From the NCBI GenBank assembly GCA_014727975.1, contig WJMK01000017.1, positions 3,926 through 67,925 on the forward strand: a stretch of 64,000 nt of DNA. The letters are read 5' to 3'. The notes under the pieces were generated by a model. That model searched no databases and was not told where the DNA came from. It worked only from the letters and a program-made list of their open reading frames with translations. Source of the DNA: Candidatus Micrarchaeota archaeon. GTDB lineage: Archaea > Micrarchaeota > Micrarchaeia > Anstonellales > Bilamarchaeaceae. Positions 44,331 to 52,200 of this stretch are shown piece by piece; within the stretch, counting starts at the first letter, position 1; the number at the start of each line of letters is the position of its first letter. A program made the position numbers and the translations under genes.

Positions 44331-45702
44331 TCCTGTTCCTCCGTTCTTTTGCTTCCTTTGCAGCTGCAGGGGTAAGGTATTCCCCAGTTACGCATGCAAA
44401 GCAGCTTTTTTCTCCAACAACTTTCTTCAACCCGCCAAGGCTTATATAGTGGAGGCTGTCTACCCCCAAGTATTTTTCTATCTCCCCGACACTCTTGTTG
44501 TTTGCAATAAGCTCCTCGAATGTTGGCATGTCCACTCCATAGAAGCAAGGGGACATTATAGGTGGGCAGGTTATCCTCAGGTGTATCTCCTTTGGTTTGC
44601 ATGCGCGCAGCATGCTAATCACTTCTTTTATTGTTGTTCCGCGCACAATGCTGTCATCGAACACAACTATGCGTTTTCCCTCTATTACTTTCTTTATCGG
44701 GTTTATCTTCATCCTGACTGCTCTTATCCGGCTTTCCTGGTCTGGCATGATAAACGTCCTGCCCACATACCGGTTTTTGATTATCCCTTCAGTATATTCT
44801 ATTCCTGTTGCCTGGGCAAAACCAAGTGCAGCGCTTCTTGCTGTATCAGGCACAGGAATGACCAGGTCCGCTTCCACAGCGGACTCTTCCGCAAGCTGCC
44901 TCCCAAGCTCTTTCCTCACATGCTCCACAAGCCTGCCATTTATTATGGAGTCCGGCCGTGAAAAATAAACATACTCAAACATGCAATGCCTTGCCCCCTT
45001 GTCAAGGAGAGCACCATCCTTTCTTTCCCCATTTTCATCTATGATTATAAGCTCCCCCGGCCCAACAGAGCCGCCATAGGGAACACCATTCATGTCAAGG
45101 CTTGTAGATTCTGAGCAGAAGACAAAGTTCCCTTCATTTTCCCCATACACGAGAGGGCGGATGCCGTGCGGGTCACGGAAGACAAACAGTTTCCGGTCAT
45201 AAATCCCAACAACAGAATATGCTCCATCAAGCTTTTCCATCGCGCTGAGCACCGCTTCTTTTATTGAGGCCCCTTCCCTCAGCCTTTCAGTAAGCAGGTA
45301 TAAGATTACTTCAGAATCAACAGTTCCCTCAAACACATATTTCTTTTCTTCGAGCTCTTTCCTGAGTTCCCAGTAATTTGCGATATGTCCATTATGGGCA
45401 ACTGCAAGGCTTCCGGAAACTGAAGGCTGGACATCTTTTATTGTTGCAGTTGCGGTAGTAGGGTAGCGGGTATGTGCAATGCCTGCCCAGTGCGGCTGGG
45501 ACAGGTCCACATCCCCAATGACTTCAGAAACAAGCCCCATCCCCTTCTTTTTGTAAAACGAGCCATCATAGAGGACCATGCCCGCGGCATCCTGTCCCCT
45601 GTGCTGGACCCCGACCATCCCCCTGTAAACAAGCGGCGCCACGGGCTTCTTGTTTTTTGAGATTACGGCCACTACACCGCACTCTTCCCTTTTTTCATCC
45701 AT
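44311..45702 (-). CDS. purF: amidophosphoribosyltransferase
   Basis: N-terminal nucleophile CGVVAV, then VQHRGQDAAG and the PRTase motif VVFDDSIVRGTT. C-terminal Cys residues are consistent with an Fe-S type enzyme. Confidence 0.95.
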   Translation of the reverse strand: MDEKREECGVVAVISKNKKPVAPLVYRGMVGVQHRGQDAAGMVLYDGSFYKKKGMGLVSEVIGDVDLSQPHWAGIAHTRYPTTATATIKDVQPSVSGSLAVAHNGHIANYWELRKELEEKKYVFEGTVDSEVILYLLTERLREGASIKEAVLSAMEKLDGAYSVVGIYDRKLFVFRDPHGIRPLVYGENEGNFVFCSESTSLDMNGVPYGGSVGPGELIIIDENGERKDGALLDKGARHCMFEYVYFSRPDSIINGRLVEHVRKELGRQLAEESAVEADLVIPVPDTARSAALGFAQATGIEYTEGIIKNRYVGRTFIMPDQESRIRAVRMKINPIKKVIEGKRIVVFDDSIVRGTTIKEVISMLRACKPKEIHLRITCPPIMSPCFYGVDMPTFEELIANNKSVGEIEKYLGVDSLHYISLGGLKKVVGEKSCFACVTGEYLTPAAAKEAKERRNRNGSHKC

Positions 45703-45758
45703 TAGCCCACCAGAATATCCTTTTTAGGATATAAGAGTTTTATAATGCTTATAGGTCG

Positions 45759-45774
45759 TGTAACCATGGTTACA
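45759..45774. promoter_or_regulatory. perfect 16-bp palindrome TGTAACCATGGTTACA (copy 4 of 4)
   Basis: Lies upstream of purF-pheT (-), next to the TATA-like TTTTATAAT / GATATAAG (45727-45748). It is 8 nt downstream of the NFACT-R gene stop. Confidence 0.9.
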
Positions 45775-45781
45775 TAAATCT

Positions 45782-46561
45782 TCAATCTTGCCTCTCCACC
45801 AAGGCAAAGGAACCAGAGGGAAGCATATGCACCACTTCACTTTCATCCGCTCCCAAAATCTCCCCAATCTCCTTCCCAATCTTCCCCTTTGCTGTTTTCC
45901 CAGGCACAACCACCACGCTCTTCCCCATCCATCCCGAATTCTCAGCCCCAACAACAACCCTCCCCATTTCATCCAGCCCTACGCGCAGCTTAAGCGGAGT
46001 ATTTGGGTACCATTCTCTTTTACCTGAAATTGCAAATCCCCCTGCTCCGACAAACCCCCCTGAAGCATGCTTGCTCAGCTGTTCTTTTTCCACACAGTAT
46101 GCATCAGCTTGGCTGAATCCCTTCCCCCATGCCTTTGAAAAGCTCGCAGCAATAACTGCAGCAAACTCCCGGTCTTCTTTCTTTGCCCCAGCCCCTCCCT
46201 TCAATATCGTTGCAGACCCGCCCCTTATATCCGCATGGAAAAACAAGTCTCCCTCTTCCATGTGCCTTGCAACTACAACATCATTCTGCTTTGCATTCTT
46301 CCCAAACAAAACCAGCTTCCCTGAATTAGTAAAGCTCCACCCAAACGCCTCATACCATTCCCTCTCCCGCACAACTCGGACTTTTGCCTCTTTCTTTTTT
46401 ATGCCCCGCGCCTCAACCTTCCGTATCTTCTTCTTGGTTTCCCCTATGGCCTTTTCAACTCCCTTGATTTTTTTCTTTATTTTTTTTGCAAGCTGGTGGT
46501 AATACACCGCGCTTTCCTGTGCCTCTTTCCCAAGTTTTATCCTTACGCCCACTCTCTCCAC
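45782..46561 (-). CDS. NFACT-R (DUF814) RNA-binding protein, short form lacking the NFACT-N domain
   Basis: Coiled-coil N-terminus, then WYEAFGWSFTNSGKLVLFGKNAKQND...GDLFFHADIRGGSATILK, which is typical of the NFACT-R domain of RqcH/Rqc2 homologues. GTG start. Confidence 0.75.
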   Translation of the reverse strand: MERVGVRIKLGKEAQESAVYYHQLAKKIKKKIKGVEKAIGETKKKIRKVEARGIKKKEAKVRVVREREWYEAFGWSFTNSGKLVLFGKNAKQNDVVVARHMEEGDLFFHADIRGGSATILKGGAGAKKEDREFAAVIAASFSKAWGKGFSQADAYCVEKEQLSKHASGGFVGAGGFAISGKREWYPNTPLKLRVGLDEMGRVVVGAENSGWMGKSVVVVPGKTAKGKIGKEIGEILGADESEVVHMLPSGSFALVERQD

Positions 46562-46599
46562 ATCCTATTCAGCAATCCTGTGAAAGCTTCTTCTAAAGG

Positions 46600-46609
46600 T
46601 TTATTAATA
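46600..46609 (+). promoter_or_regulatory. TATA-like box for the T4SS-like operon
   Basis: TTTATTAATA is preceded by AAAGG (BRE-like) and centred about 34 nt upstream of ATG 46639. Confidence 0.5.
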
Positions 46610-46638
46610 TTATCTTCTTTATCTTACCGGGTTTTGCC

Positions 46639-46884
46639 ATGGCATATATAGAAACACTTCTCTCAAGCTGGCTAGAGACACTGAAGTCAGCAGGCACCAT
46701 GATTTCAATGCTTTTGATAATACTCGGTGGGCTCCTTTATGGGATTGCGCAACTGCAGCCAGGGGAGACCAGGGGAAAATGGCAAACCACAGGAATTGCA
46801 ATCGTTGTTGGAGGGATACTTATCGCCGCTATCCTTGGTGCAGCGGACCTGATACAGGAAGTCTCCTCAAACCTCTTCAAGTGA
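46639..46884 (+). CDS. small two-helix membrane protein, VirB2/TrbC/CedA1-like pilin candidate
   Basis: 81 aa. Two hydrophobic helices (MISMLLIILGGLLYGIAQL and GIAIVVGGILIAAILGAADLI) are joined by a short charged loop (QPGETRGKWQTT). First gene of the tightly packed module. Confidence 0.5.
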   Translation: MAYIETLLSSWLETLKSAGTMISMLLIILGGLLYGIAQLQPGETRGKWQTTGIAIVVGGILIAAILGAADLIQEVSSNLFK

Positions 46885-46888
46885 AACA

Positions 46889-47830
46889 ATGGCTCTGGAT
46901 CTTACAATAGCCGGGACGATAGTTGCATTGTCTATAGTGCTATCCGGGCTCTTAATCGGAATCGGAAGGGCAATTGGCTCCCACAAGGTGGAGTTCTTTG
47001 GAAGAGAGGAGCTAATCCAGGCAGTCATAAATGCCGCACTTGTAGGGGCGTATGCGACAATTACCCTCACCGCAACAGAAATCAGCAGGGAGATTGCAGG
47101 GGACGGGATTTGTGTCGAAGGGGACGCAATTGAAAACCTTCAATGTGTGTATGGGGGGCTTTCTGACAACATCTACATCCTCCTTGTAGAAAGCCTACAC
47201 CTCCACCAGACTGTTGCATACTACCAGTCCCTTGTGCTGAATTTTTCAACCTTTACCATCCAGCCCCTTGCTTACCTCTCTTCAGTTTCTATAATCCTGG
47301 AAGCCCAGGTCCTTGCCCTCCAGCAGCTCCTGCTGATTTCTGAAATCCATGTCCAGCTCCTTGCATTTTTCGGGCCCCAGCTGCTCACCTTCTTTTTCCC
47401 TCTTGGGCTGATATTCCGTGCATTTTTTTCAACCCGCAAGCTTGGAGGGTTCCTTATCGCCCTCTCAATAGGGCTTTACCTTCTCTACCCCTCCCTGATA
47501 ATGGTTTTCCCCCAGCCGGAGCTCAATGGAACAACAGCCGGCCTTGAATCCATGAACAACAACACAAACTACACGATTACCCCTATACTTGACCTAAATG
47601 ACAATTATGCAATTGCAGGAAAGCTGGACAACATGACCAACACAACCGCGGGCGCAGATTTTACAGGGGACGTAACCACCTCGCTCCAGCAGCTCACCTC
47701 TGCAACATCCTCACTTACAATCTTCATACTCATAGCCCCATTATTTTCAATAATCCTGACCTTGATATTTATAAAGGAAGTAACTGATATATTTGGAGGA
47801 GAGTTCTTCTATTCGGTGGGAATGTTATGA
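46889..47830 (+). CDS. polytopic membrane protein (about 6 TM), VirB6/TrbL/CedA-like candidate
   Basis: 313 aa with 5-6 hydrophobic helices plus a sequon-rich loop (NGTT...NNNTNYT...NMTNTT). A 4-nt gap upstream and a 4-nt overlap downstream. Confidence 0.5.
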   Translation: MALDLTIAGTIVALSIVLSGLLIGIGRAIGSHKVEFFGREELIQAVINAALVGAYATITLTATEISREIAGDGICVEGDAIENLQCVYGGLSDNIYILLVESLHLHQTVAYYQSLVLNFSTFTIQPLAYLSSVSIILEAQVLALQQLLLISEIHVQLLAFFGPQLLTFFFPLGLIFRAFFSTRKLGGFLIALSIGLYLLYPSLIMVFPQPELNGTTAGLESMNNNTNYTITPILDLNDNYAIAGKLDNMTNTTAGADFTGDVTTSLQQLTSATSSLTIFILIAPLFSIILTLIFIKEVTDIFGGEFFYSVGML

Positions 47831-48606
47831 TAGCAAACAGAGTCGTCACATTTGCCGCACTTGGCGGGGGCGTGCTTGCCCTTCTCTTAGCCTTTGTAAG
47901 CGGCCAGGTATTGTTCGCATTGATTGCGTCATTGTTTTTTGCGCTTTCAATCATAATCTGGAAGTATGGATATCTCCTCATCCCGTTTTTCACTTCTGCC
48001 ACAAACATAATTGAAGTCCGGGGCAGCTACAACATTCCCCCTACAAGGGATTGCATCACCAAGAGGACAGGAGGGGGGTTCTACGCGTCCAAATTCCTTG
48101 AAATAAAGTTTTATGAAAGCATGATAGATAAAAGGGAAAACGACCGCTCAAGCATGATAGAGTCTTTTGAAAAGGCCCTGGCATCCCTCAAGAACGTGCT
48201 GAAGATTTCACTCATGGTTTCTTCTGTGGACCTTACCAAGCACATTGACAAGATAAAGGCCAAGAGAAGCGCTGCAGAAAGCAAGAGACGCCGTCTTCCG
48301 CCAAACAGCGAAGAGCTTGTCCGCATAGACAGGGAGATTGCAATGTGGAACCGCCTTCTTGAGAGAATAACCCATGGTGACCGCTCCCTTGAAGTCACTG
48401 CATTTGCCCAGACAACCGCGTTTGGGGTCACAAGGGAAGAAGCAATCTCCAAGGTCAGGAGGCAGGCAAAGGAAGCCCGCACAATTATCTCCTCTACCTT
48501 AGGGGCGGATGTAACTGAGCTCCTTGACACAGACATGATAAAATGCTTTGAGTGGAGCTACTTCATCCCTGCGGACACAGAACAGATGCGGGATGAGGTG
48601 TTCTGA
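47827..48606 (+). CDS. membrane protein with 2 N-terminal TMs plus a soluble domain, VirB3/VirB4 N-domain-like candidate
   Basis: TMs FAALGGGVLALLLAFVSG and LFALIASLFFALSIIIW, followed by a charged helical domain of about 190 aa. Its stop overlaps the ATPase start (TGATG). Confidence 0.45.
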   Translation: MIANRVVTFAALGGGVLALLLAFVSGQVLFALIASLFFALSIIIWKYGYLLIPFFTSATNIIEVRGSYNIPPTRDCITKRTGGGFYASKFLEIKFYESMIDKRENDRSSMIESFEKALASLKNVLKISLMVSSVDLTKHIDKIKAKRSAAESKRRRLPPNSEELVRIDREIAMWNRLLERITHGDRSLEVTAFAQTTAFGVTREEAISKVRRQAKEARTIISSTLGADVTELLDTDMIKCFEWSYFIPADTEQMRDEVF

Positions 48607-50048
48607 TGGACCTGAACGAACACCTTACAAGCCAGATGGCCCAGCGCCTTTTTGTAACACACCCTCCTGAGCCCAGACCCTCACTCCTCCTCTCCAGCCC
48701 CACAGAAGGGATATATGTTGGCAAGACCCGCTGGCTCAATGTCCCGGTTTTCTGGGACTACCACAAGCTCATCAACTCCCATATTGCAATTGTAGGAATT
48801 ACAGGAGCAGGGAAATCATATCTTGTAAAGACTTTTCTCACAAGGGCAGCCCTAGTCTGGAACTCAAATGCCATCATCCTGGACTGGACAGGAGAATACA
48901 ATAAATGGGTCCGCCAGGCAGGAGGGAGGGTAATCACCTTAGGAAGGGAGTCCCTCAACCTCCTTGACCTTGCTGGCCTCAAGGTTGCAGAGCGAATAAA
49001 GCAGATAATGTCTGCATTTGAAATCCTCCTGGACCTCCACAATTTCCCTGATGAGCGCTATGAGATAGAGGAGGCACTTGAAGAAGTTTATGAAAAGGTA
49101 AAGAAGCCTACGCTTGCAGACCTTGTTTCTGTTCTTGAAAAGAAAAAGAAAAAGCATTCAGCGCGCCTCCTCAAGACATTTCTTGTTGAAGGAAGTGATT
49201 TCTTTTCCAGGGAATCCACCCTTGAGCTTGAGAAGCTTGCTGAATCCGGCCTGGTATGCATAGACCTCCATTCCCTCCCAACAGAAGAGATGCGCTCCCT
49301 TACTGGGCTCACAATCCTCCAGTTCCTAAAGGAGAAGATGCGGAGGGAGGAGCTAAAGGAAGCAAAAGGAATCAAGCTTTTCGTGGTTGTTGATGAGGCA
49401 TGGAAGATTGCAAGCGATGAAAGGAGCGATGTAATAACCATCGTCCGTGAAGGCCGAAAATACAACTTCAGCCTGATTGTCGCATCCCAGAACCCTACAG
49501 ACATGCACAAGACCATCATATCGAACGTTGGCACAATGTTCGTCCTCCGCCTCGTCCTCCGCGAGTATAAGGACTACATCCGAAATTCACTGAACTATTC
49601 ACAATACATAGATGATGCAATATCCGGTTTTGGGGTAGGGGACGCTGCAGTAAACATGATTTTTTCAGAGCGCTCTGAACGCGCTCACACATTCCTTCTT
49701 GACAAGATAGACGGGGAAGAGCCTCTCTTTGTCTATACAATAAAGGTGGGCAAAATGACAATTGAAGTAGAAAGAGAACAATTTTCAAGAATGCTTTTTG
49801 AGCTTGGGCTTACAGATGAGCAGATAAACCTCGTGAAAGTTGAGTTTGAGCGGGGGGACGGAGTCCTCGAGGCTTCAGCAATCGTCACTCTTCTGGAAAA
49901 ATTCGGATATTCCCATACTTCCATAATGACATTCCTCCGTCAGCTGGGTGTTGAAGAGAAATTCATCGTGGAGGTATTCTCGCTTACAAGAAGGAGGCGT
50001 GCAACAAAAGGGGTTGTCGACCTTAAGCTGAAAGAAGGTGAGGAGTAA
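48606..50048 (+). CDS. VirB4/TrbE/HerA-superfamily (DUF87-type) ATPase
   Basis: Walker A IAIVGITGAGKSY. Walker B LFVVVDEAWKI. A REGRKYNFSLIVASQNPTDM motif typical of VirB4/HerA-FtsK-class ATPases. An extra C-terminal helical domain of about 100 aa. Confidence 0.8.
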   Translation: MDLNEHLTSQMAQRLFVTHPPEPRPSLLLSSPTEGIYVGKTRWLNVPVFWDYHKLINSHIAIVGITGAGKSYLVKTFLTRAALVWNSNAIILDWTGEYNKWVRQAGGRVITLGRESLNLLDLAGLKVAERIKQIMSAFEILLDLHNFPDERYEIEEALEEVYEKVKKPTLADLVSVLEKKKKKHSARLLKTFLVEGSDFFSRESTLELEKLAESGLVCIDLHSLPTEEMRSLTGLTILQFLKEKMRREELKEAKGIKLFVVVDEAWKIASDERSDVITIVREGRKYNFSLIVASQNPTDMHKTIISNVGTMFVLRLVLREYKDYIRNSLNYSQYIDDAISGFGVGDAAVNMIFSERSERAHTFLLDKIDGEEPLFVYTIKVGKMTIEVEREQFSRMLFELGLTDEQINLVKVEFERGDGVLEASAIVTLLEKFGYSHTSIMTFLRQLGVEEKFIVEVFSLTRRRRATKGVVDLKLKEGEE

Positions 50049-50746
50049 TGGAGGAAATAATAAAGATAAAGGCAAAACGGACCAAACCCCTAAAGGAGCT
50101 AACCCCCCTGCTCGGCTCACTTGGATTCAGCAAGATGAGCTACACAAAAGATACTCTTACGGTTGAAAAAGTAGAATCAGAGGACATCTCCGGAAAGCCA
50201 TACCTCTTCTACAAGATTGAACTTTCCCCTAAATCAATACTGATACGGTACCTCCTTCCTTCCCCTGAGAGGAGGATTGCACGCAGCCTCCAGATGGGGC
50301 TTCTCTCCCTCAATGTTTTCCGGATAATATCAAGCCACTACGATGTCAAGGTTTCTTCAGTTTACCCCTTCTATTATGCTCTGCTGAATTCGCTTTCCGA
50401 TGCACTTGAAAAGGAAAAGCTGGAGGCCATGTCAGAGCTAAATGCGCTGAAGACCAGGCACGTTTCCCTTGACAAGAAGTACAAGGACCTTGTGCGCTCA
50501 AGCGAGCAGAATGCGCGCATCCTTGTGGAGGCAGAGCGCAAAAAAGAGGAGCTTGAGGAAAAGCTCAAAAAGATGGAAGGCATCAACGACGAAGTCCTCC
50601 AGGAGCGCCTCTTTGAATGGATAAGGACTCATGACGGAGAGATTAACACATACGAGTTTGCGAGGATAAACTCCACCCCTGTAGGCAGGGTTGAAGAAGG
50701 CCTAAACCACCTGATAAAAAACGGCTATATAAAGCGGAGGTCATAG
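50048..50746 (+). CDS. coiled-coil protein with C-terminal winged-helix-like domain
   Basis: A central heptad-rich segment (EKEKLEAMSELNALKTRHVSLDKKYKDLV...EELEEKLKKMEG), then LFEWIRTHDGEINTYEFARINSTPVGRVEEGLNHLIKNGYIKR. The start overlaps the ATPase stop (TAATG). Confidence 0.45.
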   Translation: MEEIIKIKAKRTKPLKELTPLLGSLGFSKMSYTKDTLTVEKVESEDISGKPYLFYKIELSPKSILIRYLLPSPERRIARSLQMGLLSLNVFRIISSHYDVKVSSVYPFYYALLNSLSDALEKEKLEAMSELNALKTRHVSLDKKYKDLVRSSEQNARILVEAERKKEELEEKLKKMEGINDEVLQERLFEWIRTHDGEINTYEFARINSTPVGRVEEGLNHLIKNGYIKRRS

Positions 50747-50750
50747 GAGC

Positions 50751-50903
50751 ATGCCCCCAAAGCCCAAAAAAAAGGAAGTTTACCATTTCTCCATTGTGAA
50801 GAATTTCCCAAAATACAAATCATTTGAAATACTGAAGGAGCCGGAAGCGGATTTTCTTTCTGCCTTTGTCAGGACTCTTTCACAATTATTTAAGGGTGAT
50901 TGA
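50751..50903 (+). CDS. possible small protein (50 aa), not in the ORF track
   Basis: Hand translation gives MPPKPKKKEVYHFSIVKNFPKYKSFEILKEPEADFLSAFVRTLSQLFKGD. It exactly fills the gap between the module and purD (4 nt and 1 nt spacers). There is no homology evidence. Confidence 0.25.
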   Translation: MPPKPKKKEVYHFSIVKNFPKYKSFEILKEPEADFLSAFVRTLSQLFKGD

Positions 50904-50904
50904 A

Positions 50905-52200
50905 ATGAAGGTTTTGCTTGTAGGTAGCGGAGCAAGGGAGCATATAATCGCGGAGCAGCTTTCCAGGAGTTCTGAACTGTATTCCATAATGCCAAAGAAG
51001 CATCCGGGGATTGCCTCCCTTTCTGAAGAATTTCTTGTGCATGACCCTGCAGATTCCCCAGTTGTCGGACAATGGGCCAAATCAAAGGGCGTGGATGTTG
51101 CTTTTGTAAGCCCGGATGGGCTACTTGCCCAGGGGGTGACAGACACATTTGCAGACCTGGGCATACCCTGTGCATCCCCTCTCAAAAAAGCCGCAAGGAT
51201 TGAATGGGACAAGGGATATGCACGCAGTCTCATGCGCGCAAAGGAAATCCCTGGATGCCCTGCCATTAAGGTTGCCTCCAGCATAGACGAAGCAAAACAG
51301 GCAATTTCCGAAATCGGGGAAGTTGCAGTAAAGCCAATAGGCCTTACAGGGGGCAAGGGAGTAAAGATTGCAGGGGAGCACCTTAAGAGCGAGCAGGATG
51401 TGCTCAGCTATTGTGCGGAGCTGTTAGAGAAAGACGGAAGCGTGCTCATAGAAGAAAAGCTTGATGGGGAGGAATTTACCCTCCAGGCATTTTGTGATGG
51501 GGAAAGGCTTGCCCTTATGCCCCCTGTCCAGGACCACAAGCGTGCGTTTGAAAATGACGATGGCCCCAACACAGGAGGCATGGGCAGTTATTCCACAGGC
51601 AAGCTCCTCCCGTTCCTTGAGCAGAAAGACCTTGACTCCGCAAAGGAAATAATGGAGAGGACACTGGCAGAGATGAAAAATGACGGCAACCCATTTACCG
51701 GAATCCTCTATGGGCAGTTCATGCTTACAAAGGATGGGATAAAAGTAATTGAGTTCAACGCAAGGTTCGGGGACCCAGAAGCAATGAATGTTCTTTCCCT
51801 CCTCAAAACCCAGCTTTCTGAAGTTTTCCTTTCCATGGCAGAAGGCAAGCTCATTCCTGTGAGTTTTGCCAGCAATTGCACGGTTGTCAAATACCTTGTT
51901 CCCGAGGGGTATCCCACAGAAGGCAAGCGGGACCAGCATGTTGCTGTGGATGAAGAGGGCCTCTGGAACTCAGGTGTGAAGCTCTATTTTGGCTCAGTGT
52001 ATGAGAAGGACGGGGCAATCTATACCACAACATCGCGCACTGCTGCCCTTGTGGGGCAGGCAGAGGACCTGGAGGAGGCCGAAAAAGCCACAGAATCCGC
52101 CACCAGGTTCATAAGCGGCCCGCTCTGGCACAGGAAGGACATAGGCACAAAAAGCCTAATAGGTCGCCGAATGGAGCACGTTAGGCGGTTGAAGGCATGA
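50905..52200 (+). CDS. purD: phosphoribosylamine--glycine ligase
   Basis: MKVLLVGSGAREHII..., ATP-grasp motifs (VKPIGLTGGKGV, EEKLDGEEFTLQAF, EFNARFGDPE). The ATG at 50905 is preferred. Confidence 0.95.
   Translation: MKVLLVGSGAREHIIAEQLSRSSELYSIMPKKHPGIASLSEEFLVHDPADSPVVGQWAKSKGVDVAFVSPDGLLAQGVTDTFADLGIPCASPLKKAARIEWDKGYARSLMRAKEIPGCPAIKVASSIDEAKQAISEIGEVAVKPIGLTGGKGVKIAGEHLKSEQDVLSYCAELLEKDGSVLIEEKLDGEEFTLQAFCDGERLALMPPVQDHKRAFENDDGPNTGGMGSYSTGKLLPFLEQKDLDSAKEIMERTLAEMKNDGNPFTGILYGQFMLTKDGIKVIEFNARFGDPEAMNVLSLLKTQLSEVFLSMAEGKLIPVSFASNCTVVKYLVPEGYPTEGKRDQHVAVDEEGLWNSGVKLYFGSVYEKDGAIYTTTSRTAALVGQAEDLEEAEKATESATRFISGPLWHRKDIGTKSLIGRRMEHVRRLKA

Noticed and set aside
46639-50746. The membrane/ATPase module as an archaeal type IV pilus or archaellum locus
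   Set aside because: There is no class III signal peptide on the small protein. There is no PilB/ArlI-type secretion ATPase, no PilC/ArlJ-like platform protein and no prepilin peptidase. The ATPase motifs are of the VirB4/HerA type.
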